DNA of 64,000 nt, from the NCBI RefSeq assembly GCF_036321535.1, contig NC_087436.1:65164001-65228000 (forward strand). The letters are read 5' to 3'. The translations under genes were made by a program, and so were the position numbers. The DNA is from Camelus dromedarius (lineage: Eukaryota). A model generated the notes under the pieces. That model had not been told where the DNA came from and did not search any database. It saw only the letters and a list, made by a program, of their open reading frames with translations. Below are positions 39,350 through 52,140 of this stretch, one piece after another. The stretch's first letter is position 1. Each line of letters begins with the position of its first letter.

Positions 39350-40846
39350 ACTTTTTAAAATTGAAGTATAGTCAGTTACAGTGTGTTAATTTCTGGTGTA
39401 CAGCACAATGTCCCAGTCATGCATATACATACATGTATTTATATTCATATTCTTTTTCACTAAAGGTTATTACAAGATATTGAATATGGTTCCCTGTGCT
39501 ATACAGAAGAAATTTATGTTTTTTAATATATTTTTATATACAGTGCCTAACATTTGCAAATCTCAAACTCCCAAATTTATCCCTTCTCACCCCCTTTCCC
39601 CGGTAACTGTAAGTCTGTTTACTATGTCTGTGAGTCTGTTTCTGTAGATGAGTTCATTAGTATCCTCTTTTTTTCTTTTTTTAGATTCCACATATGAGTG
39701 ATATCATATGGTATTTTTTTTTCTCTTTCTGGCTTACTTCACTTAGAGTGATGATCTCCAGATCTATCCATGTTCTTGTAAATGGCATTATTTTATTATT
39801 TTTCGTGGCTGAGTAGTATTCCATTATATTAATATACCACAGCTTCTTTATATAGTCATCTGTTGATGGACATTTAGGTTGCTTCCATGTCTTGACTATT
39901 GTATATAGTGCTACTATGAGCATGGAGGTGCATGTATCCTTTCGAATTAGAGTTCCCTCAGGATATATGCCCAGGAGTGCTGTATCATACAGTAAGTCTA
40001 TTTTTAGTTTTTTGAGGAATCTCTGTACTGTTTTCCATAATGACTGCACCAAACTACATTCCCACCAGCAGTATAAGAGGGTTCCCTTTTCTCCACATCT
40101 TCTCCAGCATTTATCATTTGTGGACTTTTTCATGATAGCCTTTCTGACTGTTGATACCTCATTGTAGTTTTGATTTGCATTTCTCTAGTAATTAGTGATA
40201 CTGAGCATTTTTTCCATGTGCCTTTTGGCCATTTGTATTTCTTCCTTGGAGAATTGCTTGTTTAGGTCTTTTGCCCATTTTTGGATTGGGTTGTTGGTTT
40301 TTTTTCTTGTTAGGCTGTATGAGCTGTTTAAATATTCTGGAAATTAAGCCCTTGTCAGTTTCCTCTTTTGCAAATATTTTTTCCCATTCCATAGGTTGTC
40401 TTTTTGTTTTGCTTATGGTTTCCTTTGCTGTGCAAAAGCTTTAATAAGGTTCATTTATTTATTTTTGCTTTTATTCCTATTGCCTGGGTAGACTGCCCTA
40501 GGAGAACATGGCTAAGATTTATGTCAGACAATGTTTTGCCTATGTTTTCCTCTAGGAAGTTTATTGCATCTTGTCTTACATTTAAATCTTTAAGCCATTT
40601 GAGTTTATTTTTGTTTTGGTATAAGGAAGTGTTCTAACCTCATTGATTTACATGCTGCTGTCCAGCTTTCGCAACACCACTTGTTGAAGAGACTGTCTTT
40701 TCTCCATTGTATATTCTTGCCTCTTTGTCAAAGATTAATTGACCGTAGGTCTGTTAGTTTATTTCTAGGTTCTCTGTTCTGTTCCATTGATCCATATGTC
40801 TGTTTTTATGCCAATACCATGCTGTTTTGATTACTGTAGCTCTGTA
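39350..40846 (-). mobile_element. Cetartiodactyl-type L1, 5'-truncated (about 1.5 kb of ORF2 3' part plus 3' UTR)
   Basis: ORF 39681-40133 is the ORF2 C-terminus with Cys-rich knuckle ([19 protein letters not shown]...HMISLICGI*); 40192-40392 (EWEKIFA...DKGLISRI) is in another frame, so the copy is frameshifted. Confidence 0.95.
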
Positions 40847-41129
40847 TCTTTTAAGAATATTAGAGTCATTCTGTGAATTGAGGCACAAAGTTAAAAATAG
40901 AAAAAGTCATTTTAACATTTTTTGAAGAATATTAATCTTGTTTAGCTTAACTCAATTGAATCATAACTTGAGAAGTGACACCCCATGCAATGAAGTATGT
41001 TTTAAAAATTAGCTTATGAATGCTGTCAATATCATTTGATTATAATGACAGAAGTTTTAGAAAAATAAAACAAAGTGCAAACAATAAAACCAAAGGAGGT
41101 AAACACTTATTCAAAAGCTCGAAGATTTC

Positions 41130-42300
41130 TTGAGTTCATAATTAAAGGAGTGTTTCAAATCAATGGGGAAGGGATCAACCCTTTAATAAATGGTCTGGAA
41201 AATTGGCTATAAATTTGCTAAAAAGGGTTTAATTCCCTCTTACATGCCATATACAAATTTGAATTTTAGAAGAATTAAAGAGAGAAATAAAATAAACTGA
41301 ACTATAAAAGTAGTAGCAAAAAATAAATGCAAATATATTGAAAATTTAGGGATGGAAAATGCTTTCTTAGGTAAGACACAGAATGAGAATTTATAAAGCA
41401 AAAGAATGATAGAGATGACGCTTAGCTTATGTTCACTAAACAGTGCTAGTAGACAAATGACAGACTGGAATAAATATTTATGATGGCTATTATTAACATA
41501 AAGTGAATTACATAATATAAAAGTCTTTTATAATGCAGTATAGAAATAAGAATTAGCCTAGTATGCCAATGTACAAAGGTGACATGAATATGTAATTTAC
41601 AATGGAAAGTCCATAAATACAAATATACAACAATCCACAATTTCACATGTACTCAGCAATGAAAACAGCAGAGATATAGCATCCCAATACTTAAATATGA
41701 GAAGATGTTTTTAAAAATTGATACTGTTTTTTTTGCCAAGAACTGGAGTTGAGGTTCCAACAAACCACTCTTCTAACACTATTGAAGAAAATGGAAAATT
41801 AGACAGACTAGGAAAGTATGTATCCCCTTGGCCTCAGCAATTCTGCTTCTAAAATCCATCTAACAGAAATATACACATGCACAGAGATGTATGCACAAGA
41901 ATGTTTATTGCAACAATGCTTGTAATAAGGAGGGAAATGCTCTAAAAATTCAATTAGAAAAATAAGAATTTATGACCTTTCCATGCTATAGAATATCATG
42001 CTGCATTAAAAATAATTAATTGGACCCTTATGTTGACAGAAATATATTTATAATGTTTTTAATTTAAAAAGCAAATTGTTGAACCATATACATAGTATGA
42101 GCCTATTAGTATAAAATAAAAAATGTGCATATATGTAAAAGTGTACTTCATACATGTAAAAAGGTCTGGATGGATGCACCAACTTTTATTTCTGGGTTTT
42201 AGGTATGAATGGTGAGTGTAGGGGGAGGGTGCTGGTGAAAGAGCACATTCAGATGCCAACGTTATTCTTTATTTGATAATTTAAAAAATAATACATATTA
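41130..42300 (+). mobile_element. Ancient L1 (L1ME-like) ORF2 3' end and 3' UTR
   Basis: 'tttcaaatcaatgggga...aataaatgg', 'cagcaattctgcttcta' and 'gtatgcacaagaatgtttattgcaaca'. Confidence 0.65.
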
Positions 42301-42998
42301 GTTATATTCACTTGTAAGAGAAAAATGATAAACTCCTGCTCTCAAAAATATATTTTATGTTCTGTTATTATTTTAATTAGAGATTCTAATGTTTAATTAA
42401 TACCATCTTCCACTGTGCTTTTCAGTCGTCAGTTGTACAACAAATACTCTGTTAACATATCGGAAAACCTTTCTATTTATGCCTTCTGAATATAAATGCC
42501 TCAGTATCCAATTTCCTGAAAAAGATAGCTCAATTTGTACGAGTGACTCTGGAAAGATCCAGGTGAGTAAATTAAATAACTTCAATATTACACTTAATGA
42601 ATTAGTACATCACTGTTAAAAAAAACAACCAAGTTGTAGAAAATGTGATGCTACTCTGGAATTCACTGGCTGTGCAAACTTGTAATTTGTTTAATGTTTT
42701 TCCCCAACAAATATCCTCAGTCATCAGCATGAGGGAAAAATGCCTCTCTATCAAATGTTTTTATTTTCTTCCAGTTTATTTGTCATAATGCTTTATCATG
42801 AACATGTTACCTAGGTAGAGCAACATGGCTGACATTTCCTTGCTAATAGGCCAATTTGCAGCAGACGTTTGTGTGAGTGGAATATCAGAAGGACCAGAAA
42901 AATAATACCTAGTGATGCTTAATGTCAAGACTGCAAAGATGAACTGAAGCTAGAAAAACCTATATGCAAGCTAAATAAATTTTTTTTCTGTTAGTATA

Positions 42999-43017
42999 TA
43001 GCGCCACCCAGTGTTAC
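42999..43017 (-). promoter_or_regulatory. Candidate CTCF binding motif
   Basis: Minus strand gtaacactgggtggcgcta against core TGGCCACCAGGGGGCGCTA; the key CAC..GGTGGCGCTA positions match; lies in repeat-free DNA and retains its CpG. Confidence 0.5.
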
Positions 43018-44279
43018 AGAATTCTCTGTGGAACACTCTGCAGAGTAGACTTTTGTGCCAAGGCAGAAAGGGACACAAATGACACTATGTGAGCTCCATA
43101 TTAATATGTTCACTTGAAAGTTTGTTTTGGGACATCGAATAAGCTAGCTTGTTAGAAAACATTGCGTTGAAGTAAATCAGAAATACAAAACAAACTGGAG
43201 TGGTCATTATCTCCATATCCTAGTAATTCTTTTTAGATCTTTGTTGCGTGAAAAAAGAAAAAAAAAAATCCAGGAAAATCGTTGCAGTTTTGTAATTCAC
43301 GGTGTATTTCAAGGTACTTTGAGACATTCCAAAGAGATAATTCTAGTGGGCATTATGGATTCAGGCATCCTTCGTGTTGCTGCATGTCTAAAATGATAAC
43401 TTTTCTTTTGAATTAAATTACAGATAAAAATGAGAATGCATTTACAGAAAGAACCCATGGAATTTTTAGTTTCCTATTGTGGCTTTTACCACAGGGATTC
43501 GAAGCTTTTGAGAGATGCTATTTGGCAATTAGGCAACACAATTAGAGCATAGATATTCATGTTAAGAAAGTTCTAGAAATAAAAAGTAGTAAGAAAAAGA
43601 TATTACTTCATTACTTATTTGCTGAAGAGATAAGGAAAATGTAAAATTCCCTTTCTGTCTAAGTCCTCAGAACTTATATAGATTTTATAAAAGTAACTAA
43701 ATCTTCTAAGATAAATTACACTCTATATTTCTCATTTTATTCTGTTTCTTGAGTATTCTTCGACTCTGTTCCACCTTATCTTGCTGTCTTTTCAAATTTT
43801 GTCTCCACTGATGCTTGAAAGTGTATACTTCTTATCTTCAGCTGACTCAGGGCTTCTCTTTTTACATAACCTACAGTCACACAAAACTTTCTATAATTCA
43901 ATAATTTTTCTCATTTAAATTACTCTCTTTCCAGGTTCTGTCCCTGGTGCTAACATTGTTTCATTTTCCTCTGTTTGAAATAGTTGAGTCAGCACTAAGT
44001 GTAACCTGTTGTTATTTTTCTTGCTGTTCTTGTCTATTATCATCCTTACCATCATCCATTTTTACTTCTCTTTTTTATTTCTCAGGTCCTGTGTCCAGTA
44101 TGTTGACTCCTTCTTATTTTATACATGTTTCTTGGTTTGCTCTTCTCATTCCCAGACCATCATTATGATCTAGGCCCTTGTTACCTAAAATTGCCACTGC
44201 AGTTTTCTCCTACATATCTCTCTGTTGCTTCCATCTTCCTTCAGTCCACCCTACACAGAACAAAATTAATGCTCTGAGA

Positions 44280-44418
44280 GGGGAAGATATAGCTCAGTGG
44301 TAGAGCACATGCCTAGCATGCACAGGGTCCTGGTTTCAATCCCCAGTTCCTCCATTCAAAAAGTACATAATAAATAAGCCTAATTACCTCCCCCCTTCAG
44401 AAACATAAATTATTAAAA
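44280..44418 (+). mobile_element. tRNA(Ala)-derived SINE, camelid Vic-1-like
   Basis: Head ggggaagatatagctcagtggtagagcacatgcctagcatgcacagggtcctggtttcaatccccag with A-box and degenerate B-box; A-rich tail; imperfect TSD aaaattaatgctctgaga (44262-44279) / aagattaatgtactgaaa (44419-44436). Confidence 0.85.
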
Positions 44419-44718
44419 AAGATTAATGTACTGAAAACTTTAGCCATTGTCTTTCTAAATAGACTGCTTAAAGGTAAGAATTATGCCCTTCTATATGTGC
44501 TATCATTATTTGACACTGTCTATATTTAGTTGATCTATGTGATATTGACCATGGAGTAACTACACAGTAATGCAAAACAAACTACTGATTGTGATTAGAA
44601 TTCACTAGTGTTAGGTGGGAAGATTCTTGGGATTTGTGTTCTTTTGTCCGTGGAGATCACTCTTTAGATGGAAACATATGTTAACTTTTTTCCAACAAAG
44701 TTAGTTTAAAAAGTCTTT

Positions 44719-45909
44719 TATCATATGTCTGCTTTTGTGCTATTACCACACTGTTTTGATTACTGTAGCTTTGTAGTATTGTCTGAAGTCTGAGAGAGTT
44801 ATGCTTCCAGCTTTGTTCTTTTTCCTCAGGATTGCTTGGGCAATTCTGAGTCTTTCTGGTCCCATATAATTTTTAAGACTATTTGTTCTGGTTCTGTGAA
44901 AAATGTCCTGGGTAATTTGATAGGGATTGCATTAAATCTGTAGATTGCTTTGGGTAGTATGGCTATTTTAACAATATTAATTCTTCCAATCCAAGAGCAT
45001 AGGATACCTTTCCACTTCTTTGAATCAACTTCAAGATTCTTTATCAATGTTTTATAGTTCTTAGCATATAATTCTTTCACTTCCTTGGTCCTTGGTCAGG
45101 TTTATTCCTAAATATTTTATTTTTTGGATGAGATTTTAAAAGGAATTTCTTTTTTTTTTTACTTTCTCTTCCTGATATTTCATGGTTAGTGTAGAGAAAT
45201 GGAACAAATTTCTATATTTAATCCTGTATCCTGCTACTTTGATGAATTCATTTGTCAGTTCTAATAGTTTTTGTGTGGAGTCTTTGAGTTTTCTCTACAA
45301 AGTATCATGTCATCTGGATATAATGACAATTATACCTGTAAGTTTCCACTGACAGATTAATGAATAAAGAAGATGTGGTATGTACACACACACACACAGA
45401 TGCACACGCACGCACACACTCAATGGAATATTACTCAGTTGTAAAAAAAGAATAAATAATGCCATTTGCAGCAACATGGATGGACCTGGAGATTGTCATA
45501 CTAAGTGAAGTAAACCAGAAAGAGAAAGAAAAATACCATGTGATATCACTTGTATGTGGAATCTAAGCAAGTGATACAGATGAACTTATTTACGAAACAG
45601 AAACAGACTCACAAATATAGAAAACAAACTTATGGTTACCAAAGGGAAAAAGAGAGGAAAGGATAATTTAGGAGCTTGGGATTAGCAGATACACACTACC
45701 ATATACAAAATAGATAAACAACAAGTTTCTACTGTATAGTACAGGGAACTATATTCAACATCTTATACTAACCTAATGGAAAAGAATCTGTAAAAGAATA
45801 TGTATACACACATATATATATATACATATAAAATTGAATCACTTTACTGTACACCTGAAACTAACACAACATTGTAAATCAACTATATACTTCAATTTAA
45901 AAAAAAAAA
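44719..45909 (+). mobile_element. 5'-inverted (twin-primed) L1: antisense ORF2 segment 44722-45337 joined to sense 3' end 45339-45909
   Basis: ORF 44826-45080 (-) is ORF2 ([23 protein letters not shown]); sense 3' UTR with poly-A; TSD aaaaagtcttt at 44708-44718 and 45905-45915. Confidence 0.93.
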
Positions 45910-47299
45910 GTCTTTCACCTGTCCTGAGCAAAGCAGGAATATAGACCCCACTGAGAGAAATACATTTCCAGGGATCTAGTTAGATAGAAAAGGAGAGAAG
46001 TATTATACAACCATTACCAATATTAAGAAGGAAAAGAATAATGACCATCTGTGATTAATGTTGGAAGACTCAGTGTAAAATTTCTGCAAGGCAGCCAATG
46101 ATACATGGCAGGATCAAATACATACAAAATAGAAAGTAGTCAGAATCTGAAGCAAACTCTTAGTTCAACTACTGTAGATCTATTCCCTGTTTCTGGATAA
46201 GAAGAAAAGAGAAGTTATTAAGGTATATTTTATCATTATTCATTTTATTATTTTTTATGTAGTGAAGTTTAGATGTTTCAATAACTGAGTTAAATGCTTT
46301 TCTTTTTAATGAATATTTTTTATTGTACTTATCCAATTTCTTTGGCTAAAACTTCTTTACAGCATATAGATATCTGAAAAAGATGGATGTTGCCTGATTT
46401 TTAAGTCAAAGTTTTGGTGTCTAGACTGGAGGACAGGGAACATGTGCTTACAGGGAACATAAGCAGTAGTGAGCTCTCAGGAGATTTTTGTCAGCATAGC
46501 TCTTTTTGTCAATTCATACTTAAAACTTCCCCCTTTCTTCCAAACATGACAAAACTGAAATTTTAAAAAATTACTTTCAAAAGTTGGTCCTAAAACTTAG
46601 AGCATCCTAATGTGAAGAACTTTAAGTAAACAAAGGCATCATCACATTTCAGCTCCCATGGGGTGAAGACAATAAGTAGCAAATCGCTGGGACAGAGGAA
46701 AAGAACCAGCTACTCGGCATGGAAATGAGGGCTGGAATAAGACTCCCTCTCCATGCGAGAAAGGAGACCCACAAAGCTTTGAACATTTCAAGGAGCAATG
46801 ACATGTATATCATTGAAAGAAGGAGGAAAGTGAAGAAATCACCCCAGAACCCCTCCCAGAACTAACTGGTAGCTCAGTGACTAGATCTGGAATAGCCCTG
46901 GGTTGTTGTAGTATGAGAGTTGATATAATTCCTAATTCCAGACTGGGTCTTGGAAACCAGGTGGAAGCAGATGCAAAATGATCGGACAAGGATGGAGGGA
47001 GGTGGAGGGAGGAGAGAGACAGAGGAGGGATGAGAGAGGGATGTCCTTTATTTCATAAAGTGGGGGCTTCATCTGGGTATTTTTCACTGGATGGAAACTT
47101 GAGGGTAGTCTGGATAGATTCATTATTTTCTCCAGCCTCAGACATCACCATAATGGTGAAGCTGAGAGATATTTCACTCTGAGATTTTTGCAGATATTCC
47201 AAGCATGAGAAAAGCTAACACTAAAAAAAAAAAAAAAAAAAAATCAATAAAATCAACAGTTGAGAAATAGGAGCAAAGCAATGAAATACAAACAGCAAA

Positions 47300-47940
47300 T
47301 TCCAAATAATTTAAAGTATGTTGACATCCTAAAAGAGAAAATGGAATAAATATAACATCCCTAAAAACAGTAAGAAATTATGAAACAAAGACAGACTCAT
47401 GTAAGAACTGATGGATATTAAAATCCAATTACAGACTTTGGATATTAAAATACAGTAACTGATATCAAATTAAAACTTCTTATGGCACCATGACCTTCAG
47501 TTTGAGCACAAATGGAAAGAGTGTACTGAGAAGTTCGCCTGGAATGAAGGATAGAATGATAAAGAAACTAAATGGAAAAGAGAAGTTGAGAGTACAGAGA
47601 ATATGCTTATGAGTCTACTGTCACTGATACGAGAGGAGAGTAGGTGGAAGGCTTCTCTAAAGTGAAAATGCCTAAAATTTTTTCAAAATTGAAGAATTAT
47701 CTTAGTCTTCAGATTTAAATACACACTAACTGCTAGAAGATAAATACTGTTAATCCCTCCCTACTCTACTGTAGTGATACTACAGAACACAGTACAGAAA
47801 AAAACCTTTAAAGCTGTAAGAGACAAAAGAAAAACTGACTACGAAGGAATGACAGATAGTCTGAAAACAAGCTTCTCATCGACAAAAATGGATGGCAGGC
47901 AGCAATGAAATATATTCAAAGGACTGAGAGGAAACATTAA
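47300..47940 (+). mobile_element. Ancient L1/HAL1 ORF1-like remnant
   Basis: A-rich; 'aaaattttttcaaaattgaagaa...agtcttcagatt' and 'agcttctcatcgacaaaaatggatggcaggcagcaatgaaatatattcaaagg' resemble the ORF1 C-terminal region. Confidence 0.55.
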
Positions 47941-48264
47941 CAAACATACATGTGGGCACACACAATCATTTCTGGATGTGTCAACTGTTAGACTGATTTT
48001 ATTTGGCTTCCCTTAAATAGAAGAAAACATAAACAAAGAAAGTAACACTAAAAATTGATCTTTTTATATAAATAGTATAGTTTTTAGAAAATACAAAACA
48101 ATTCTGAAAATCCAATCACACAGCTGTTAATTCTAGATGCCATTTATTGTTTAGAAATGTCTGTAACCTTTAATGGCACATTTAGAGCCAGTATTCTAAC
48201 ATTTTCTGCAATTAAAAAAAAATTGAGTAGTTTATTTAAATGACAGTTACACTGGAAAAATAGT

Positions 48265-49400
48265 CATTAGATTCTAGTTATTTATTGCTTCATAACAAAA
48301 CCAGTCAAAACACAGTGGCTTCAAGTAACAATTTATTTGCTCACAATTTAAGACATAGGAATTTGGGAGGTGATTGGTTGGATGGTTTGTGTGTGAAAGT
48401 GATATCTGTCAACTGGGGCTACTGAAGCCAGAAGAAGCACTTTCAAGATGGCCTTTTGCTAACATGCCAGGCACTTTGGATCTCCTTGGACTTGATCTCA
48501 CTCTTTCTTTCCCTGTAGTTTCATCCTCCATGGCCTCTACAAATGGCTTTGGCTTTTTAAAGCGGGAAGAAATCTGTTGGTACTTTCAACTTCCTGTCTG
48601 AGTATCTCCTTCTCTGAATTTATTAAAAAACATTTTCTGTTTTCTCTGTAATCACAGGCAGCAGTTTCACTGAACTTTCCACCAGTACATGGTCAGCTTT
48701 CTCTAACTCGAATACAATTCTCCCACCATCTTTCCAGTCTTCCCTTATGTCTCTTCAAGACTCCTCCGGGTTCCTCTGTCTGTCTTGTTATGGCAGCATC
48801 CCGTGTCCAGTTAACAAGTCCCTTATGGAAAATTAATAACAAATACCCTGAAATGTAATCATGTAAAATTATTCTATTTTGCCCCTATTTTTATGTTACA
48901 GATTCTGGAAGAGAACGATCTACCTGGTTTCTTTCTGATCTATGTGATGTTGGCTGGGGATTGGGGTTTCACTTTTAGATGGGTTTTTACTCAAATGTCT
49001 GGAACCTTGATGATTCTGGTCTCTGTTTCTTTGTCTCTGTCTCTGTCTGTCTCTCTGTCTCTCTCTACAGGATAACACCCTCCATGAGCATGAACTTTGA
49101 ACTTTTCACAGCATGTTGGTGTCAGGGTAATTGCACTTTATAAGGTTAGGCAGCTTCCAAGTGTCAGGCAGTGGAAGGAAGCTTCCAGGCTAGTTATGTC
49201 AACCCCTGGAACTGGCACAGCGTCATTTCTGCTGTATTCTATTGGTCAATGCAGTTCTAGGACCTACTAGGTTAAAAGGGAGAGAGAGAGAGAGAGAGAG
49301 AGACTCCATCTCTTGATGAGAGAGTGACAATGCCACATTACACACAAGCATGTCCGATAGGAGATTGCCTTGTGCCTTTCCTTGGAAAGTATAATGTCAC
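48265..49400 (-). mobile_element. Internally deleted MLT1 (MLT1H/G-like) provirus: partial LTR, internal remnant, LTR
   Basis: LTR-type start 'attgcttcataacaaaaccagtcaaaacacagtggctt'; internal end 'ttgttatggcagcatccc'; second LTR 'tggaactggcacagcgtcatttctgctgtattctattggtcaa...gactccatctcttgatg...cttggaaagtataatgtcaca'. Confidence 0.65.
49280..49303. repeat. (GA)12 microsatellite inside the MLT1 LTR
   Basis: Perfect GA run. Confidence 0.95.
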
Positions 49401-49455
49401 AAGTATCATCCTTTAATATAACTAAAGTATAAAATAACAGGATGGGTAGACAATT

Positions 49456-49793
49456 TGTCTTAAGTCTGTCAGGGCTATTTTAACAAAATACCACAGACTG
49501 GATGGCTTATAAGTAATAGAAATTTATTTCTCCCAGTTCTGAAGACTGGAAGCCTGGGGTCAGGGTGTGAGCACGCTCGAGTTTTGGTGAAGCCTCTCTT
49601 CCGGTCACAGGCTGCTTACTTCTCACTGTCCTCACACAGCAGAGAGCAGAGGGAAAGCTGCCCTCTCGTGACTCATAAATCTAATTCCACTCATGAGCGC
49701 TCATCACCTCCCAAGGCTCCACCCCCATACTATCATCTTGGACATTAGGATTTCAACATAGAAATTTTGAAGAGACACATTTAGACCATAGCA
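49456..49793 (-). mobile_element. MaLR solo LTR, MLT1A0-like
   Basis: 'tgtcttaagtc...aacaaaataccacagactggatggcttat...gaaatttatttctc' through 'aggatttcaacat...agaccatagca'. Confidence 0.88.
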
Positions 49794-51833
49794 ATAACTA
49801 AAGTTAACATCTTAACTTGCTAATATGAATATTCTAAGGAAATCAGGTTTTTCTAAGTAAATTTTGTGAATTTTGGAAGATACTTAACAGATTTTCACCA
49901 AAGTATAACCAACTGGGATATTATTATAAAGAAACATTTTAGTTTATAAATTAAACCGCATATAATACATAGTAAACAAATCTACATACAGTAAATATAA
50001 GTATACATAGAAAAAAGATGTCTTTGTTACAAAAATGGTCTAAATAATAAAAAAAATTCAATTATATTAATCTTTAGTTTTTTAACTAAAACACAATTTT
50101 TTGGTATGGTATGATTCAACTGAATTTTAAAAAGAATTAGAGATGAGGCAATATGAATAGTTTAGAAGCAGAATCCATAACCCATTTCACATCATTATTA
50201 TAATAGTTCTGTAGATGAGATTTTACATTGTTATTGGAATAATTCATTAGGTTTACCCAATTTAAAAGGAAGGCAGGCGGCTTTCATTTTGGAAGATGCT
50301 CTTTATGGGCTAAATGTTTACTATCCTTTAAGATGTGGTGTTAATAGTAGATACAAGATTCCTTTTCTGCATTCAGGATGAAGTTTTCTGTGTTTAACCT
50401 CTTTCTTTTGATTTTATAATCAAATATTATTTCAGCATTATTGTTTGGTTTCACTGTATCATTGATCTTAGTCATAATATATCATCATACTGTGAAGTCA
50501 CAGCCCCTAATTAATATTACAGGGCTGCTTTCTTATGTGGCCATTAAAACTTTGTTTTATTTTCAGTGTTTTATCAATGCGGTTATTTAATTGTATTTCC
50601 ATTTAAGATTTATTCAGTTTAGTGAAATATGTTGTATGCCATTATTGGAAAAACCCACTTACATGAAATATAATAGCAGAGTAAGCAAACAATCATTAAG
50701 AATCAATCCTTTAAAATCCGACTTGAAGTGGTTCTGAGAAAATGGTTAAAAACAAGATAAATTCAATTTCATTTTCTAGGCACTGCTGTGTTTCAGGTAG
50801 CTCACCAAGGGAATGTGGTGATTTAATTGTCTGGCTGGCACAGCAAGAGATGCTGTGAAGTGACCCTGAAGTTGCCTCTGTAGTATCTTGGTTCTTCACA
50901 CAAACACATTTTCTTTGGGTACTCAGCGTGATAGTAAGCATAGACATGAGAGGCTAACAAAGGGGAAATGCTGTTACTTATCATTCACTGTTCTCCTGAA
51001 GCCCCTTGCCACTTAGAGTTAATATACTTCCATATGAAATATTTAACTCTTGGTGGTTCATTCCAGGTTAAACCAAATCGTTCAATATACATAAGTCAAG
51101 AAAAACAGCATTAAAAACTTGAGCTTTTTATCAATCTCAGTCCTTTAAAAAATACGGCTGAACAAAGGCTTTATGAATCATTCCTATGTACCTTGAAAAG
51201 AGACTAGAATTTATCTCTAGAAATCTTTGCAGTCAATTCTCAAATTTCCATAGGCACATTGTCAGAATATCCTCATTGTCAGAATATCTTGAGTAAGGCA
51301 AATGTTCTTGATTGCTACTTAATTGTTTGCTTTGTTAACACTTTTTTACTCTTTAAGTACTTTGAAAAGATTCTAAAAACAAGTAGGAAAGGAAGTACTT
51401 ACTAACTCCTCAATACAGAAAAGCTTTGAGGAAACCAGTATTCTATGAGTATGCACTTGGGAGAGCATGATTTATTTCTCACATGCAAATTCTTTACTTT
51501 TTTTCGTTTTTGAGGGGGTAGTTTGTGTTCAGATGTAGAAATTTTAAAATTTTAGGTGTGGTAAAGAAAAACCAGAGCCAAACAGTAGCTAAAGCAGCAA
51601 AAACAGGTTTTATTCAGGACTGTTACAATAGGGGAAAAGAGACCTTATCGTAGAAATGGACTCCATTCTGAATACAGCATGGGCAAGTGGGGATTTATAG
51701 CCAGGAAGCAGGGTAGGGGTCAGTAGATGGAAAACATCAGGGAGAAGGAAGGATTCTGGCTAAACCAACTTGACAGAATTCTTGCTGAACACAGGCCAGG
51801 ATGATAAGATACCAAGGGTAGGGGGCTAAGGAA

Positions 51834-51906
51834 TTTTTTTTTAATTGAAGTACAGCCAGTTACCATGTGTCAATTTCTGGTGCACAGCACAATGTTCCAC
51901 TCATGC

Positions 51907-51965
<59 letters not shown>

Positions 51966-52140
51966 TTTTCATTAAAGGTTATTACAAAATATGAGATATT
52001 GAATATAGTTCCCTGTGCTATACAGAAGAAACTTGTTTCTTTGTTTGTTTTTTTAAAACCTATATTTATATATAGTGGCTAACATTTTCAAATCTCAAAC
52101 TCCCAAGTTTATCCCTTCCCATCCCCTTCCCAAGGTAACC
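51834..52140 (-). mobile_element. Cetartiodactyl/camelid L1 3' UTR (short, 5'-truncated)
   Basis: Closely parallels 39355-39610 ('attgaagtacagccagttac...aaatctcaaactccc...ggtaac'). Confidence 0.9.
51916..51961. repeat. (TA)23 microsatellite in the L1 3' UTR
   Basis: Perfect TA run preceded by a short GT run. Confidence 0.98.

Noticed and set aside
44280..44355. Functional tRNA-Ala gene
   Set aside because: Imperfect stems, mutated B-box, SINE-type tail and flanking TSD
40793..44775. L1 at 39350-40846 and antisense L1 at 44722-45337 as one element split by 3.9 kb
   Set aside because: They overlap by 54 nt that differ at 7 positions, the intervening DNA contains older repeats, and the second segment is enclosed in its own TSD together with the sense 3' end
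50780..50933. Plus-strand coding exon after 'ttcattttctag'
   Set aside because: Stop codons in all three frames before the candidate donor
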